The notes below the pieces were generated by a model. That model did no database searches. It saw only the letters and a program-made list of their open reading frames with translations, and was not told the origin of the DNA. A stretch of DNA of 64,000 bases, from assembly GCA_965235115.1 (NCBI GenBank), contig OZ249436.1, positions 50,036,001 through 50,100,000 on the forward strand, read 5' to 3'. A program made the position numbers and the translations under genes. Shown here one piece after another: positions 51,526 through 64,000 of this stretch (position 1 is the first letter of the stretch; each line of letters starts with the position of its first letter). The DNA comes from Laetmonice hystrix. Taxonomy: Eukaryota.

Positions 51526-52573
51526 CAGTGGGGTATTCAGGGGGTTTCCAAGTATCTCGGACCCCCCCTTAAAAATTACTATTTTGGGGACATCTGGGTA
51601 AAAAAGGGGGTGTAAAATGCATTACTTTAACGAAAGGAAACCTTCATATTCCACACAAGATGTCCCGAGATTGCATTTTTTGATGTCTTTCCTTTAAATT
51701 TCCTAGAGAACCATGGCCTAATGACTGAAGTAGCTAAACTGCGGAAACGCCCCTTAAAACGCCACCGCCAGTGTGTACAGGCAAGGCACACAGGCCGTGA
51801 TATTCTAAGCAGTTTAAAAAAGACTTGAACACAATTGGTGCTCAAATAGTTAAGATATAAGCACTTTAGTGCCGGAGCCTGCTTAGAACCTGCTCCGCTG
51901 GTGATGGCGGCCATAGCTGTCTGCTCCTTGGGCTAATCTCACATTGCGCATGTTCCAACCACTGCTCTCCAGTTTGGGGAGAACGAAAAACTGACGCACC
52001 TGTTGCGTTGAGCGAACGTTGACAGCTTATTTATATCGGCCTAAGCAAAATTTGTTAGAACATAGACGAAAACCATCGATCATAGTGATGAGGAATGGCT
52101 AGGAATTAAGCCTACCGATGTCAGGGGATATATCAGGGTGGACACGGATCTGGGCAAGCTCCAACCGTGGGTTTCGGCCGCCGGCATTCAATTCGTCCCG
52201 CTCGGAGGTGATGTTGACGGGGCCCGCAGGGCCACTGCATGGGCCAGGCCTTGACCGTGGCTTCGACCGCGGGCGGGTGCTGGCAGTGTCAGGCTCCTGG
52301 GGTCAGATTGATTTTGATTTTGCCCACCCGCCTCGGCTGCCTTTACTTTAGTCTAGTCTAGCCTAACCCCGGCATGCAATAGATTAGCCCCGGAACGTCA
52401 CTTCCGGCCAGCCCAATAGCAACAAATGGCTGCGCCGCTGAAGCCAGTGATTTTGACACGGTTGTCATGTTCAACCACTACTCTGAAAGGTGAGTGTATA
52501 TAGAGGCCTTGCAGCTGTCCAAATGTGATTTTTGACTGGACTTCTCCTTTAAAAAATTCTGGATACGCCACTG
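51526..52573. mobile_element. CAGTGG-type MITE interrupted by family A copy 3
   Basis: cagtggggtattcag ... ctggatacgccactg inverted ends. A related left end, cagtggcggatccag, occurs at about 43113. Confidence 0.6.
51758..52548 (+). mobile_element. Family A TTAA-flanked element, copy 3
   Basis: Colinear with copy 2 but with internal deletions and an eroded left TIR. TTAA at 51754-51757 and 52549-52552. Confidence 0.85.
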
Positions 52574-55500
52574 TAAGTCGGTGGTGATGGTGGTGGGGAT
52601 GGGGGGGGGGGGGGGGTCAGGAGATAATAAAGTACTCAAGTCATGGATGGACGTGAGAGTTTCTAATGATCAGACGGTTGAAGTCGGCTGTCAGGGTTAA
52701 GATACACAAGATCAGAGGCCCCACTCTCCAGGCTGAAATAGCCTGTGACCAGAATTGATTGATAAGACAGAGGGACGTGAGAGCGTTAAGATGGGTAGGA
52801 GCATTTATCTCTGGACTCTCTACGTTGTCCATTAAGGTAGGGGTGAGTAAGTAATGGTGGTTGTATGCCGTGTTGGCATCACCTGGACCAGTACTTGATG
52901 ATGAAAACCCTTAACATTTTCGGGCAAAACTATCGCCTAAGAAATATGGCATCGGTGCACAGCAGTCCATGTGTTCGGGCATAATTATTGCGCCTGGGAA
53001 AGGAATAGCTTACTTTCACACCGACGCCATTACATCACTGCCTGGATACAGTTGTTTTTTTCGATATACACGCCTTGGATGAGACAATTATTCAACAAAT
53101 AAGCATAACAACATTTTAAACATATTGCTGGCCATTAATTGGCCTAAAAATTATTCTAAAACTTTAATAAGCATGAAACTTTTTCCTTTAACTCAGTTGG
53201 CGCCTTTTTCTCTCAATCATATAGTAATACCTTTAGGAATTTGCGGGATTCAGAACAAGGGGCCGGGGGTCTTGCCCTGAAATTACTTGGTGTCATAATG
53301 ATATGAAACCATGCAGTGACTACAATTAGGCTTGCCCCCTCCCCGTAAATTCAGACTCCCCCCGAAAGCTTCCACCTTGACTCTGTCGAAGTTTAAACGT
53401 CCAAAGACCCTAATCTGCCCTGTATAGTGGACTGTGAGTTTTATCTTTAGACAAGCTTTATACCTTTTAGTCCCTAATCGACATGAGTTGAACAGACGAA
53501 CATTTTGTGATAGAATCGTTCATGTTTCCACGAGAAGTTGACTGTACGCTTTTGGTGTCAGGACATGTAGGCCTAATGTGCCGGTGTTGCACATGGATCC
53601 GTCAATCAACTGGCCTAATTCTGTCATTTCGGGATAGACGCTCTCCCAGCGAGGAGGTAGAAAAGTGACGCTTTGCTTATAACGAACGTGTATCTGACAC
53701 TGACAGTTTCGGAGCTGAAAATCATGGTTTAGACTACTACAATTGTGTAGTACCTGGATGTACATCGAATTCGAAGAAATGGCAGCCTGTTTATATGGCG
53801 AAAATCCAAGGACGTAACCAACCAAAACAACACCCCCCGGAAGTGAACGTTCTGTTCTCCCCATGCTGGAGAGTTCACTATACACTAGGGATCCCCGAAT
53901 GGGAGAGCTGCCCTGTATAGGAGTCCATAAAATTAATCATTGCCTAAATATTGACGTAGTGTTGACGTAAGTAAAATGCTACTTCTTTTGCCGATTTGTA
54001 CGGAGCCTAGACAGAGTATCGTCCCAGTTACTTGTCAGTTCTGGGACGGACAGCGATCCCTTATGAAAACGGGGGGGGGGGGGGGGGGGGGTTCCAGTCC
54101 CCGTCAGTCCGCCGTGTTTTATTTGTTACCTATCACTCAAATGTGAACTTGTATTACACTCAATGATTACATATATATGTCCATATTTATGTCTGTGGTA
54201 CAATTTACTCTAATAAATCCTGATGTCAAACCGAATATTTGAAATCCAAATCATGTAGCGGGCACATTTACAAGAAGCGAGTCGCCATCTTGTGTAGGGC
54301 TACTTCCGGTTTGTGAAGGGAAGGTTAGTTTTTCACAGACACATCGACACAAGAGCCGTCACCTCTGTCCTGTCAAGTTAAGCCCTTTAAGTTTCGTTTT
54401 TCATAACCAGAGGAGTATTTTTGGGGCTTAATTGCCATCGCACTGTAAACACAAACTGTTCGTCGCCATGATCGCAGCGCCACGCCTTGATGCATTGATG
54501 CAGTGAGAATAAGAACGGCTCCCTGACTGCTCTTGCACCCAGCCTCGTTTTGGGTGAGACAGCTGCATGACCAGCGATGGCCGCCATTATGTTCACAGAT
54601 TCAAACTCCCGCTTCAGGCCAAAAAAGGCGGAGAATACACATTTAGTAACAGCCAGACTTTTTTCTCTTCATGTCCCCAATAGGGCTCCGTAGATTTGAT
54701 TTAGTGCTGGGCGGTCGGTGGGGACTTTTTTTTGGCGTTGTCGTGCCGTATCCATGCGCCAGGCATCGAGTTCCATACTTAGCTCGCAGTGAAGGAGCCG
54801 AATCCCGTTACGTGTTTATTATGCGCTTGGATTATTTCTAATTTGAGGAAAAGAGCCAACAATAAACAAGAATTACCAACAAATAAGTTAAATCCGCGGG
54901 GCTACGGGACGGGGAGGTTTGGTAAGCGGACACCCCCCATTTTTTCTACACGGTGCTCACAAAGCGGTAGCAAACTAAAGGTGCGGGGCCTACTGTTGGA
55001 ACAGCCGAATGTAATTTAGAATAGATCTTTGCCTGTTCTGACGCTTCCATAGGATCTATATAGTTAACGTCGCATCACCCCGTAACGTGTACAGTCAAAT
55101 CCTTCCGTAGTTTTCGGAGCCTTGGATATATACGGGCCTCCTAATTAAAAATAATGGATTTAATTTAAATGGATTTAAATAATTTAAAAATAATGCTTTT
55201 TCGTGTCACGAAATGATTTTTTTCTAAAAACAATACTACTGAAATTCTCAATGAATATGTGCTTTGTTTCCCTCAACATAATTTATCTCCAACAAAATAC
55301 GTTTCTTCATTAGCTGAAGCTGGCTGGGACTTTTCTGGACTAACTATAAATATTTCTATGCTGAGAATGCTGATCGTCTTACAAGACATGATTTCATTCT
55401 CCAGTGAGATGGGCAGCCGAGCAAAGTGCAATTAGTTTCCCATATGCTTCCAGAGATTGCAATATATGTCTCATATATCATTGTGCAGGAGGTAAGGGAT

Positions 55501-55895
55501 ATGAAGAGACCCAGGAAGTCTGGTGAGACCTGTTGTGTCTTCATGATGGCGCTCACACTCCCGACAATCTGACAATGCACGCCATACATTGTGGGGGCTT
55601 TTATTTTTGTTTAGGTGTAACGACGGATCGAACAAAATATGTCCGGATACGCTCTCTATTGTGAAATAATATATGTTTCTAATACCGACAAAATATGTAT
55701 TATAATTATAGCATATTATGAAGGTAAAACACATCTCATTCACGTTTATCACAGCAGACGTTCAGATGCGGGTCATGACAATTCTGACTTAAAATCTCCT
55801 ATCCATATTCTTCGTATCCCTGGCATACTCACCCTCCCAACAGGTGACAATAAACTGCCACGGTGAATGAGCAGGTGGAAAATGTAAACATCTAC

Positions 55896-56644
55896 TTTTA
55901 TAACACGCCTACTTTCTTTCCTGCGCTCTGATTGGTCGGTTCCTGGTCACGTGGTCCGAATCATTTTAATGCTGTCTCATGCTTTACCGGGCAATAGTTG
56001 TCGAACTATTGCCCATGGAAATAGTTCGACAAATCGTTGCGTGATAGCAATAGGCCTACCTTGCCTGCAGAACTTCTGAGACAATAGCGGACGACTTTTC
56101 CGCACTGACAAGGGTTTTGAACTTATATGAAAAAGAGATTCAGATCTAGGATTAGGCCTAGACAGGAGCTAGTGGCATCACAGTGAGTGTGGCATCACAG
56201 TGAGTGACGTCTAATTAATGTAGGCCACACTCACAGGCAGAAAACTAAAAATAACCCACCCAGTCGCCGGGAATCGCTGTTTACTTTTGAATGAAATGCA
56301 TGTAGGTATGGCGTGTTATAAAACACATGTTGACCGGCCTTATTCGGGCAACAGCATAAGTCTGTTCCCCCCTCGGGCCATGTTGATCACCCCAAAATCA
56401 ATCTATTTCCCTCGGGCGATGCCCTCGGGAAATAGATTGATTTTGGGGTGATCAACATGTCCCTCGGGGGGAACAGACGTATGCTGTTGCCCTCTTGACC
56501 AGTCAACATGTGTATACTATAAACTGAGAATCCACCATTGAATACCCTACAAGAGTGAGTGGAACTCTATACCATGGCCCGAGGGGGGAACAGACTTATG
56601 TATGCTGTTGCCCGAATAAGGCCAGTCAACATGTGTTTTATAAC
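55896..56644. mobile_element. Hairpin-bearing interspersed element with a duplicated arm
   Basis: ttttataacacgcc (55896) is inverted at 56310-56323. A ~190-bp hairpin spans 56323-56516, and a further inverted copy of the outer arm spans about 56574-56644. Confidence 0.6.
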
Positions 56645-57056
56645 TAAGAATGTAACAGTCTTGGGATACTTAACGTAACCAGACACTGATCAGAAACATC
56701 TTACAAGGCTGATGATACGGTACCGTCAGTAAACTTATAGACCCCTAACACATAAACATATATGCTACTATAAATAGGTTAAAGCCCAATGTGTAAGACA
56801 GCATACTTTATATACAGGAAGGAAAAATAAGCGTTATGAGAGCCTATCCCAGCTTTACCGTGCCAACGAAATTTCGAATCCTTTCAAGCTAGCAAACGGC
56901 ATTTCGAGGAAAGGGAATCGCTGAAGCAAAATGTTTTTGGACAAAAATATAAAAATTCTGGCGACGAAATAATATATTTTATGGGACCAAAATCCATATT
57001 TTTTCACCTATTCCGCTGAGGACCTTCGTCTCGCACTTTCTGTGGTCTTTCTGTGA

Positions 57057-58481
57057 GCATGGTGACATCAGTAAAAGTAATGTCTACAATCTATCCACAG
57101 CATGGTGACATCAGTAAAAGTAATGTCTACAACCTATCCACATGGTGACATCAGTAAAAGTAATGTCGACAATCTATCCACAGCATGGTGACATCAGTAA
57201 AAGTAATGTCTACAATCTATCCACAGCATGGTGACATCAGTAAAAGTAATGTCTACAACCTATCCACATGGTGACATCAGTAAAAGTAATGTCGACAATC
57301 TATCCACAGCATGGTGACATCAGTAAAAGTAATGTCTACAATCTATCCACATGGTGACATCAGTAAAAGTAATGTCTACAACCTATCCACATGGTGACAT
57401 CAGTAAAAGTAATGTCTACAACCTATCCACAGCATGGTGACATCAGTAAAAGTAATGTCTACAATCTATCCACAGCATGGTGACATCAGTAAAAGTAATG
57501 TCTACAATCTATCCACATGGTGACATCAGTAAAAGTAATGTCTACAATCTATCCACATGGTGACACCAGTAAAAGTAATGTCTACAATCTATCCACATGG
57601 TGACATCAGTAAAAGTAATGTCTACAACCAATCCACAGCATGGTGACATCAGTAAAAGTAATGTCTACAATCTATCCACATGGTGACATCAGTAAAAGTA
57701 ATGTCTACAACCTATTCACAACATGGTGACATCAGTAAAAGTAATGTCTACAATCTATCCACAGCATGGTGACATCAGTAAAAGTAATGTCTACAACCTA
57801 TCCACATGGTGACATCAGTAAAAGTAATGTCTACAACCTATTCACAACATGGTGACATCAGTAAAAGTAATGTCTACAATCTATCCACAGCACGGTGGCA
57901 TCAGTAAAAGTAATGTCTACAATCTATCCACAGCATGGTGACATCAGTAAAAGTAATGTCTACAACCTATCCACATGGTGACATCAGTAAAAGTAATGTC
58001 TACAACCTATCCACAGCATGGTGACATCAGTAAAAGTAATGTCTACAACCTATCCACATGGTGACATCAGTAAAAGTAATGTCTACAACCTATTCACAAC
58101 ATGGTGACATCAGTAAAAGTAATGTCTACAATCTATCCACAGCACGGTGGCATCAGTAAAAGTAATGTCTACAATCTATCCACAGCATGGTGACATCAGT
58201 AAAAGTAATGTCTACAACCTATCCACAGCATGGTGACATCAGTAAAAGTAATGTCTACAATCTATCCACAGCATGGTGACATCAGTAAAAGTAATGTCTA
58301 CAACCTATCCACATGGTGACATCAGTAAAAGTAATGTCTACAATCTATCCACAGCACGGTGGCATCAGTAAAAGTAATGTCTACAATCTATCCACAGCAT
58401 GGTGACATCAGTAAAAGTAATGTCTACAACCAATCTACAGCATGGTGACATCAGTAAAAGTAATGTCTACAATCTATTCAC
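57057..58481. repeat. 43/40-bp minisatellite, about 34 copies
   Basis: catggtgacatcagtaaaagtaatgtctacaatctatcca(cag). Confidence 0.97.
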
Positions 58482-59763
58482 ACCGCGATGAAACTCATTC
58501 ATGCATTGATCTTCCACTTGAACGTGTCAAAACGAAAACTTTAATGAGGTCGAAGAGTCTATCATGCGCTTCATCTCGCTACCGCCGCTCGGGATGTGAA
58601 GTGAGAATAATAACAGTTGCTCCTCTCAATACATTTACAGTCTACTCGTGTAAATATATGAGAGCCACCGCACGTGGTTTCTGGCCGGCTGGACGTCTGG
58701 TGGCGACGTCTTTGAAGATTGGTCGCTGCAGGTAGTTTCATAGTTTTAAAAGTCGTAATAAATCCACATTACTCTGTGAACGGCACGTCCATGGTTGCCT
58801 GTTGGAAGCTGAGTACATTTGAACCTGAAAGTATGTTACTGAAGGCACGCCATGTGTCCTCCCATAGCAGGGTCCCAGAAACAGAAACAGGGTAGAAACA
58901 GCCAATCAGAAGCAGCGTCGGTGTTCCGAGTGGTAGAACCCAGGATCAATTTGGGTAAAACCTTGATCAACTATAGCGCGCCAGCTGTCCGGAACTGCAT
59001 TGGAACGCGGCCTTACATTTGCATCTTGATGCGACTGTTTCGGAGACTGTTTCTGGAGGCAGTCGCCATAAATAATGCTATAGATGCTCGATCCTGGCGA
59101 CGGTGATGGATCACTGCTGTACCAACTCATTCGAACCTTCCGAGAGTGTGTGGATCGCCATTGTGTTGCCAGTGTCTCGGGAAGGTTTTCAACCGGTGTC
59201 CAGAGGTGCGAACCTCACCAGTCAATGGATCCATGGGGCGTCTATGGTGCAGATGTTGCAAATACTAACTCAGATTATAGCCGAGGTGGCAAGGAGATGT
59301 GAACGACCTGAGCAGAGGTCACCTACTGAGCCCATTTTTTATTGGATGGCCCTGGGACAGGTGTGATACGTTACCGAGCTCGTTAGAGGAAATCTCATAA
59401 GAGGGTTCACGGAAATGTTTTTTATAGCACATTGTCACCTGGGGTCTCCTATGGTGGGCCTGTGGGGACGTTTCTGTTTTTATAGGAGACACTGCACCTT
59501 ACAGCTAAAAGAAACGTATATTAGGTCTATAGGGCTTAGAATTGGAAAAGTGACGGAGCTTTGTGCAACTTAAAAAAGTTATCTTTCGTGAGCGAGGTAC
59601 GAAGCAACAGGTGCGGTGGTGCACGGCTAAATCATGCATGCGTTTTTTTTTGGTGGCGGCTTTTGTGCGGCAGCGGTCTTTTAAGCACTCTGGCCAAGTC
59701 AACACAGTGGCACCCCAAATTTCTCAAATAGGTAGGCCTACTTACTTACCTTTGAACCCCAGA

Positions 59764-60016
59764 CCATGTTAAAATTTAACGTTCGAGCGATAAGCGAAAG
59801 TATTTTGAAAATGGAATGCAAAAATATGTCTTCGCTGTACTGGCTTCCACTCCGATTCCGACGCCATATTTGGGCATACTCTATGATCCATAAATAGATT
59901 ACCGCTAGCTCCCAGCCCGCGCTGGCTTCAGAAAATAGCGGACGGGCCCAAACATAACACCATTGTAAAAATACCTTCGCTTATCGCTCGAAACTGAAAT
60001 TTTAACATGGTGTCCC
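59764..60016. mobile_element. MITE remnant with 43-bp inverted repeats
   Basis: ccatgttaaaatttaacgttcgagcgataagcgaaagtatttt versus aaaataccttcgcttatcgctcgaaactgaaattttaacatgg. The right end runs to tgtccc|TTAA. Confidence 0.7.
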
Positions 60017-60759
60017 TTAATATTGGCTTCAAAGGTAAATATTAAGAATTTTGGGTGCCACTTCCTGACAGGCCCCCTGTCACCACTTATGCCCCCTGAA
60101 AGTTTCGTTGTGGAGAACAACCTTATACGAAAATTTTGGCAAATATCACCCCCCCCCCTAACATGGCATGTAAAGCCCATTGCTCTTGCTCCAAGGTGTC
60201 TGTGTCATATCTTCGTACACCGTCTTCATTCATGGAAGTTTCTATAACTGTCCCTTGTAATGATGTTTGCACTCCATTCCACACATTATAAAGACCATTA
60301 ATTTGACTTGGCCCACTTTAATGAAATCCAGCACGCGGATTGTGCATGTAGTCGGCTGCCATGTCCTTAGATCTAATCATTTGGCCTTTCACAACCCCGT
60401 CCATAATGGGGGCGCACGGGCAGATTACGACCAATTAGAAGCGGGTGATTATCAAACAGGTGAGGAGAGCCGCCATGTTAGCTGGTTGTAGATCACGCCA
60501 TGCATGTCATCGGAGGAGGCGCTGGAACGCCGTCAGGTCAGTCTGCCGCCATCTCTTATTCAGAGGGAGAAAACTGCTTTTAGTGATACCTTAGAATTTC
60601 TGCAGGAACAGGAAATAAAATGGACCATGAGATATAAAAAAGGGAGATATGACCTCCTCGTCAACCCCTATTATTGGGAGCGTAAGTATGTCACGTTACA
60701 ATGTGCGATTCGACGAGAAATGCGGGTTGGAGGACTAAACTGGCGACAGCCAAATTCAG

Positions 60760-61441
60760 AAATGGGACATTGTATTAAACAGTGGGGCGAGGGTCGCCTG
60801 ACCATGGTGGCCACACATGGAATGGGACATTGTATTAAACAGTGGGTCGCCTGATCATGGTGGCCACACATGGAATGGGACATTGTATTAAACAGTGGGT
60901 CGCCTGATCATGGTGGCCACACATGGAATGGGACAATGTATTAAACAGTGGGTCGCCTGATCATGGTGGCCACACATGGAATGGGACAATGTATTAAACA
61001 GTGGGTCGCCTGATCATGGTGGCCACACATGGAATGGGACAATGTATTAAACAGTGGGTCGCCTGATCATGGTGGCCACACATGGAATGGGACATTGTAT
61101 TAAACAGCAGGTCGCCTGATCATGGTGGCCACACATGGAATGGGACATTGTATTAAACAGTGGGTTGCCTGATCATGGTGGCCACACATGGAATGGGACA
61201 TTGTGTTAACAGTGGGTCGCCTGATCGTGGGGGTCACACATGGAATGGGACATCGTATTAAACAGTGGGTCGCCTGATCATGGTGGCCACACATGGAATG
61301 GGACATTGTATTAAACAGCGGGTCGCCTGATCATGGTGGTCACACATGGAATGGGACATTGTATTAAACAGTGGGTCGCCTGATCATGGTGGCCACACAT
61401 GGAATGGGACAATGTATTAAACAGCGGGTCGCCTGATCATG
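60760..61441. repeat. 53-bp minisatellite, about 13 copies
   Basis: gaatgggacattgtattaaacagtgggtcgcctgatcatggtggccacacatg. Confidence 0.96.
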
Positions 61442-64000
61442 ACAACTTGATAGGGGGGCTATGGTTTTTCTTTATGGGCAAACTTCCCCCCTCGAACAGT
61501 TGAGATAGAGTAATTTGGCTCCGACGTGTCAAAGATGTCTACAACCACCTGTCTGTAGCAGCGTCCATAAATGTTACGTCAGTTTGAAATAGAATTTTAA
61601 CAGCTCATAATCACTTATGTCAAATAAAAGTAACTGACGTAAATAAGGGACTTGTTTAGAACGACGCAGGTGGGTTCTGTCTGCGTAAAGTCCTAAAAAT
61701 AAGAATTAATACACGAAACTTCTAATTAAAGTATTTGCTGATGTTACAACAAATTGACGTTGCGTTGACATAAAGGTCCACATCACGCCAAAGAACCCCC
61801 CGCCCCCCTTGAATTCGGTGCTAATTCCACCGAAGTCTGGTACACTCTCCGCCGCAAGATGTCACTGCTACGCGCAATGTCTCATGGGACATTGAGTCTG
61901 GTAGTGATAATGGTGAGTTTGACATTTCCTTCACATGCAGAGGAAATAAATATTTTCATACTAAAGATTATTAGCATCTTCCGGTGCCTGTAATGCGATC
62001 AAAACGTCGGTAATAACACCAAAAAGCTGATTAGCAGGCCCCATGTTTCCCTCACCTCATGCAATCTTCATATGTCAATGGTGATTTACCGTTTCAAATA
62101 TCATCTTAAGTCTATGGACAACTAGCATCATTTGACAAAACCTATTGGAATTTTGACTGATAGGTGTATTTAGACACCATCGGCATTCAGTGGCCGTCTC
62201 CTGCTTGAGGAGATCAGGCGGTAGTTCTTTCAGTCTGTTGCTCGTAATCAGAGGACTAATCAGATTTGAATTGCCTGGGGCGATATTCCTAGCGACGTCA
62301 ATGCGATTTTGACGCGACAGCTTTATTTCAGTGCCATTTTAACCGTAAGGAGGTTAGCTATTTCTAGAACCATGGATTGATAATAAGCAAATAATGCATG
62401 TACATAAGTTCCGTTCTTTAAATTAGGTAATGCCAGGAAATCCCATCCACAATCGCCTAATTGGATCAGGTTCTTTAGAACGTGAGCCAATTAAGAATCT
62501 TAAGGGACGCATTCACACTGACAGCGAGCGACGCGAGCGGCAGTTGCGACACGTCAAGCAATCATTCAATGTCCCTCATCATGACCAGAGCAGGTCCCAG
62601 CGTGAATAGAACTGGCCCGAGTGTTGCACGCCCAACCTGTACCTTCCCTGTCTCCCCATGGACGATGAAGACATATCTTGATCATGCTACTGAGCTGGAG
62701 AAGAAGACAAAGGATACAGGTAGCTTAATTAAACAACCCAAGGTAGCCTCAACCCGCCCCTGGTCTAGAGGCACCGTTCAGTGTCACTGATGACAACACC
62801 TACTTCTATGTATACCGGCGAGCATAGCCTATTATACTATCTGACATGTTTTTTTTATCTGTTGCCAATTTTTTTTATGCAGGATATTGGTAGATGCAAG
62901 AACAAGGGTAAAGGGGTAATTCAATTCTTACAATACAGTTATATTCTTTTGTAGAAGATGTAACTCTTAGAGTGAAGCCAATAATCGGACAATGTTTCAT
63001 AATAATCTGTCTGCCATCAACGGTACCGTCGAAAACTAGTCAACGATGAAAGAACCCTTCTGTCAAGCAGGGCATTTATAGGAAGCATTATTATCAGGAA
63101 ATCGCCCCCAGCAGGAGTACTGCAGAAACATAATCACTTCATGGAACGCTGGGACCACAAGCAAAATGGTTCCCCGAGACAAATGTCCCCCTTGTCAGCA
63201 ACTAAGGACGTTTTAACTCGAAGTACAGAAATCTGTACGGTAAATCTTTTTGAGTTGTACAAATAAAACAAACGATTCACGTAAGATCTATCTGCACATT
63301 TACATACACTGTATATAATCAACAGCGACATTTATAGCCCTGCCTATGTCGATATCTTGCTACTTGCTAAAATTGAATTTTTTTTATCATTCCCATGTAT
63401 CTTCTCCGCAAAGAGCAAGAATGCCAACACTGTCTCAAATTTGGTAATCAAAGTCTTCCTCCTATACCCAGCTCCAGATGGATTTTAGTTCTATACCAGT
63501 CCTCGAGTTTTTTTATGTGTAAACTCCTATGGCAAACCAGACCAAAAAGGGCCATCTAAGCCAGTAGACATGATCTTCCGACGGCGGACATAACGTCCAT
63601 CCCGCCAGCTTGTTTGATGAAAACGACAATGCAATCTCAGCACCGGCAGTTCTACATAATACATCTTCATGGAATTCGGAAATGGCCACATCAGAAATCA
63701 ACGTTTGATAATCGTCACCTGTCAGAACAGTCTGGAATTCAACATTCAACTGAGACATTCACTGGTGGAGGTCCAAGGTAGGGAGATGGAGAAGGTACAT
63801 GGGCCTTTCATTCACACTACCTTTCTCTGCAGAAATAGGCCTAGATGCATGAATTTTTTTCTGTATTAATACAAATAAAAAAAATATCAGCACTTCACGG
63901 AGTTAACGTCTTATCCAGCAAATTAGTTAACGCAAGATTATGATTTAATATAAAAATGAAGTAAAGCGGTGACAGGGCTGGGGGGGGGGGGCTTAGTCCC

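Noticed and set aside
41742..64000. Search for receptor TM1-TM4 exons
   Set aside because: No convincing ADL, DRY or AW...PQ|gt segment found by eye; they are probably outside the window, though a very small exon could be missed. TBLASTN with an AKH receptor would decide.

Overview
Intron-rich genomic DNA from an invertebrate bilaterian. A lophotrochozoan is my best guess, inferred only from the receptor sequence. Two minus-strand genes can be reconstructed by hand. (1) The 3' five coding exons of a GnRH/AKH-superfamily neuropeptide GPCR lie at 41741-41537, 34022-33906, 22743-22680, 21983-21895 and 21565-21216. They splice in frame to 274 aa (end of TM4 to C-tail) and need one GC-AG intron; the TM1-TM4 exons were not found and probably lie beyond 64000. 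(2) The first coding exon of a peptidylglycine alpha-amidating/alpha-hydroxylating monooxygenase (PAM/PHM) lies at 7363-7142, preceded by two 8-codon uORFs; its remaining exons probably lie left of position 1. About a fifth to a quarter of the window is tandem repeat: 101-bp and 38-bp arrays of 4.0-4.6 kb plus eight smaller minisatellites. There are also at least a dozen non-autonomous DNA transposons (TTAA/Kolobok-like, piggyBac-like, Harbinger-like and TA-flanked), several nested or sharing target sites. No CRISPR array, rRNA, tRNA or intact transposase was seen. Most ORFs in the supplied track are spurious. I found no clearly new biological system; the best leads are the receptor-PAM linkage, a MITE with outward-facing promoter/first-exon modules, and CTCF-like and TAGGCCTA clusters between the genes.
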